Assembly (NCBI GenBank): GCA_965112735.1
Contig: OZ218965.1
Location: forward strand, 1,798,001 to 1,862,000
Length of the DNA: 64,000 nt
Origin: Phaeosaccion multiseriatum
Lineage: Eukaryota > Protista > Ochrophyta, other classes
Direction of reading: 5' to 3'
Positions within the stretch are counted from its first letter, which is position 1. Every line of letters starts with the position of its first letter. Made by a program: the position numbers and the translations under genes. This document shows, piece after piece, positions 62,401 to 64,000 of the stretch. The notes under the pieces were generated by a model, which saw nothing but the letters and a program-made list of their open reading frames with translations, did not search any database and had not been told where the DNA came from.

Positions 62401-62871
62401 CTGCTGAGCTGCCGACGAATCCGCTCGCTTAAAGAGCTCTTCCCGCTGGGCCTTGTGCCGTCGCTGCAATGCCCACTGGCGTTGCTGCCGTGCCTGCTGC
62501 TGTGCCGCTTGTAACCGCTTGGCCTGCTGCGTTGCCAACCAGGCTGCTGTCTCCTCCTTCGAGTCCACTCGTGGTGTGTCAGCTCGTCTGGCCGGCACTC
62601 GCACTGTCCCCCCAGGAGGGCGCCAAGGGCACGCGACGCTCCCGCGGCACCTGTCGTTGCCCCAAGTCGCTCCCCCAAGCGAGACGAAGCCCTCGGTGAT
62701 GCCAGGCGCAGGAGCCGTCAGCGCACAGCTCCCGTCGCAGCGGCAAAACTTGTCGTCGCACTTGCTCATGGCGCTCCAACACTGCTTGCCGATGAACCTG
62801 GTCCCACAGCACAGGAGACTCCACAAGCATTGATGCCACTCTCCGACGTTGCCGCTGCAACCGCCCAGCAC
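56407..62871 (-). CDS. Gypsy Pol: RT, RNase H, DEDDy 3'-5' exonuclease, integrase, chromodomain-like C-terminus
   Basis: RT: MDIMSGYFNV, MPQGAKNAP, FVDDI. RH: TDAS, ELE, TDH, PDCLSR. Exonuclease: MDSEW, HD, YAFAD. IN: H...H, CLAC, GADVAGP, SDQGSQF, NGQVER. Chromo-like: EYNVRW...TWE. Confidence 0.95.
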   Translation of the reverse strand: MLGGCSGNVGEWHQCLWSLLCCGTRFIGKQCWSAMSKCDDKFCRCDGSCALTAPAPGITEGFVSLGGATWGNDRCRGSVACPWRPPGGTVRVPARRADTPRVDSKEETAAWLATQQAKRLQAAQQQARQQRQWALQRRHKAQREELFKRADSSAAQQVQRSNAVQQQVAPAAVARRRQTQLQEPRPPRTGQLQVHHVAGADDSTSRPAPGAASSVASEEPPLRSEAGSSSAAVGTSLTDLRGDGWVLDADGALRLGSQSDTSGGTLMAGVQLIKEWYPHLSERVYGRLRECLVAAEEGAVTALLLLRPHVHQAAGTGLSGVGDVAVAAWAQQLLSLWSSRPLQQQEKVEQDMTNALLLLIQLRTVLQESRCLGGGVESWDAGELVVEQRRRAKLTTERAQFWLRELPSPLHAITIGDGAWTEVQRWGLVAILRARSQAFCQRPGDYGRTDTLFFEWGLKDANQQPIRSSARRYPPHLRRGIEIEIDKLLAAAIIRPSTSSWATPLMAVLKTDAAGKTKCHEDGTPVVRMTCDLSQLNDACRTEAPAMPVIDDLLAEMHGSKVFSVMDIMSGYFNVPMASAAEEDISTFVCHSGTYAWRVMPQGAKNAPAVFVRLMNKVLKGLQEHVACFVDDIAVFSATVEQHLEHLDAVLARLVEHKLKLEPSKAVLGAPEVRFCGHLLDQNGVRTDPAKHAAVQELVKPLRLLAKDGGVNRVKQVRRFIGMLSYFRRFIPEFARKVRPLNGLLRKGVDVSTAWNASHDAAWDGLVADLLSSPALAFPEYGPATTFTLSTDASTEGLAGVLSQKDATGEERVVTFISRATTETEARLSSTELELLAVVWCVRKLAMYICHYPTTVVTDHQPLLWLAGHKDTNSKLFRWYERLSTHHLQFVHRPGKQMVVPDCLSRNALPVQEWETHAGVDLAMVACEWPSPLHTWCASMGVQLNLVEMVGDECSLHWEEPTEGALLRFLAVAQQLQGEADTRLPIPVPAVTAQQQQQRCHHQQQSGAEALQAWQTAEVDLAATQSRRGTARRAWTQRLQQCGWQPTRAPQLGVKKAVIEAWQLGQMPPFVSHISAARCTYVSTPRHVQALSTQLRSAKVVAMDSEWARHRRRASLLQLAVQVGPLPDVARDYGLLIDLDALQKAGGMMVLAQVLRDLWTEPSIVKLAHHWSHDQRALGRWPELAEHVQHIVNLVDTSDLFKRVCPEHTQFIGLQDLVSMFLEQHLSKEERATDWTKRPLSAAQREYAFADAAALLRLWPRMAECVPFVHGGPGVELSAMSPAHTPAEQEEMQVGRFMQAAVGYWGDRDHVSPLYIFGVHSKTLEVFDLAKLQFKLQCSWETMMQMVERFTRTYKRQRKVVGALASHLDTMIELPWKQVRQVSRDYFSMCTPAEAQQTGAAAAHAWAAWEAELEEDASRLPSEELVTEEGRITHPGEPPAAESPSEPGTADLLVTEEAGDAGDEAADAVDNEAEEAVDSVSKEPVEQESTLQRELDGHRREAERQFGWSLPGTVPAAAAHRRAAGALGGSLHVEAAWWVRAQRADAELEALRRRVQAGPTGGVVDAGGGEFFVDEDGLLMRKWAPGGFRWRVRHTRLQVCVPKEMRPALLHAAHTDAIAGGHQGPGRMLDALQERVWWEKMNAHALYWARSCLACQTRKTPRRQPKPVPLSSISKVDGPWAVMGADVAGPFPMGMGGEEYLLVFQDWFTKWTVVVPLRAQDYTAEGIARAFVRHVVTTLGVPRVLVSDQGSQFTSALMGDVMRVLSASQVFTTPMHQQANGQVERFMATIKDMLATTVESQMQQWPDYVAGLTYAYNCRSQESTGMAPFYALFGRHPPVPLQAMLPALVEDGSFSSASAWVHELRARLAAAAAVVNGRRCDYHGRLQLKNASRRWPTPLRPGTKVMLYRPGAAAQQEGEELEGPPSAQLKALQHSWDGPYTVLPWPALGAYCAQHGRVSEEHYQVMQRSAVYLSMKRVRGNGVEQLQRAYHRDLTKPFIDGVSERPFGLPEGFARYHIRWCSPQWATSAMQEQRSLELDEVSEGKVPTLARIVKFRWRKATGLPLRREYNVRWAVSDGGTFQTWEWAEWLLERGHAKAIEAFENALPHTALDPGVNVKRGHRSKRESTIRLRQHEKWGSGLAHETQFYRSHLGF

Positions 62872-63979
62872 CCACTCGACTCTGACGACACTGACTCCCC
62901 TTCTTGCCGCTGCGCTGCAAATGCTGAAACCGGGCCTTCACTGCCGGCTGAGGCACCAGAGTCGATGGCACCCCCACCTCAGTCCGTGGGTGCGTCAGGG
63001 CCTGCACCTGCACAGCTTGCAGCGGAAGCGCCGTAGCCCCCAGCTCAGCCTCCTCTGGTACCACCGAGCAGCGAACTACAGGCCCCTGCGGTGGGCACCA
63101 GACCGGCTCAGCTCCTGCTTCAGCTTCAGCCGGCTGCTGCGACGCCTCCTCCTCCACCACAGACTCAACCGCCTCCCGCGCCTTGGACCATGGCAGCCTG
63201 CGCTTCACCACACGCCTCACCATCCCGCCAAGAGCACCAAGCCAGGAGGAGGGGGCCGCTGCAGTCTCCGGCATGGTATCTGAAGAAGCCGGCTCAGCGA
63301 GCATGAGCGCGGCCACCTCAGCGCTCGCCTCCGAGTCGAGCAAGCAAGAAGCGGTGCCGATGACCTGCCCAGGAACGACCACAATGACCTGATTGTGGTG
63401 ATTCTGCACTGTGATTCGGTAACTCTGCCCCCCAGCATACACACCATCTTTGTGCGCCACTAGAACCTGCTCGTGCTCCAGCCACCATAGAACGTCCGCC
63501 TCTGCCGCCAAGTGTCCGTGAGCGCCCAGCTCCACCACCGCCTGGACACCCTCAACGATACCCGTAAGCTCGAGGAGAAGGGACCCCGTCTGTCCAGGTC
63601 CCAAGCTCAAAGCCTCCACAGCACGTACCCCCCCAACAGCAGCGTTGCCGTCCACCACTGCCAGCACTTGCACAGCCAAGGCATCGGACGGACGAGCATC
63701 CGACGTGGCCTCCTCCGAAGGAGTCGGAAGTACGTAGAGCTGCTTCGCACGATGATCGACGACTGCCCCTACTTGGGTGAAGAAATCCTGCCCCAAGAAG
63801 ATGGGCCGCGCCAAGTGGTCCACCACATGAAAGGGTAGCACCGGCTGGCACGTCGGCGTGAGTCCCACCTGAAGCCAAACAAGCCCTCTGGACATAGTCT
63901 TGGCACGATTGTCAGCGTAAGACACCTGCACCCCCTTCTGCGTGGCGAGCTCTGACCGCTCCACCGTGCCATCCGCCAC
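62579..63979 (-). CDS. Upstream part of the gypsy polyprotein: aspartic protease C-half plus degenerate dUTPase-like region, offset by one frame from the Pol ORF
   Basis: FHVVDHLARPIFLGQDFF is a retropepsin ILGxDF-type motif. LSLGPGQT...ITVQNHHNQVIVVVPGQVIG resembles the dUTPase-like fold. Confidence 0.75.
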   Translation of the reverse strand: MADGTVERSELATQKGVQVSYADNRAKTMSRGLVWLQVGLTPTCQPVLPFHVVDHLARPIFLGQDFFTQVGAVVDHRAKQLYVLPTPSEEATSDARPSDALAVQVLAVVDGNAAVGGVRAVEALSLGPGQTGSLLLELTGIVEGVQAVVELGAHGHLAAEADVLWWLEHEQVLVAHKDGVYAGGQSYRITVQNHHNQVIVVVPGQVIGTASCLLDSEASAEVAALMLAEPASSDTMPETAAAPSSWLGALGGMVRRVVKRRLPWSKAREAVESVVEEEASQQPAEAEAGAEPVWCPPQGPVVRCSVVPEEAELGATALPLQAVQVQALTHPRTEVGVPSTLVPQPAVKARFQHLQRSGKKGSQCRQSRVGAGRLQRQRRRVASMLVESPVLWDQVHRQAVLERHEQVRRQVLPLRRELCADGSCAWHHRGLRLAWGSDLGQRQVPRERRVPLAPSWGDSASAGQTS

Positions 63980-64000
63980 CAGTTGATTGAAGCAGGCTGT

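Larger units (their letters stand above)
56173..64000 (-). mobile_element. Ty3/gypsy (chromovirus-like) LTR retrotransposon, 5' part outside the window
   Basis: PR-RT-RH-IN-chromodomain order, PPT and 3' LTR. Confidence 0.96.

Overview
Eukaryotic, GC-rich, intron-rich DNA. It is most consistent with a photosynthetic stramenopile (inferred from a bipartite plastid-targeting leader and the gene families). Most introns are filled with simple repeats, so most ORF-track entries are artefacts; exon models below were read by eye. Host genes: a CAMK-type kinase (+), a BK/Slo-type K+ channel (-), an IQANK1-like ankyrin protein with permuted domain order (+), two paralogous secreted Cys-rich/Pro-Thr proteins (+), an NTP-transferase-like/EamA transporter fusion (+), a HAD-IIA hydrolase (-), an intronless lysophospholipid acyltransferase (+) and a VWD/root-cap-like protein (-). 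Mobile and repeat content: two ~2.7 kb TIR elements nested in opposite orientation without a target-site duplication, forming a ~5.4 kb palindrome (22917-28372); a deleted Ty1/copia remnant; a ~935 bp satellite array; and a Ty3/gypsy element inserted into that array. The best candidate for a novel system is the gypsy Pol, which carries a motif-complete DEDDy (WRN/Mut-7-like) 3'-5' exonuclease in frame between RNase H and integrase.
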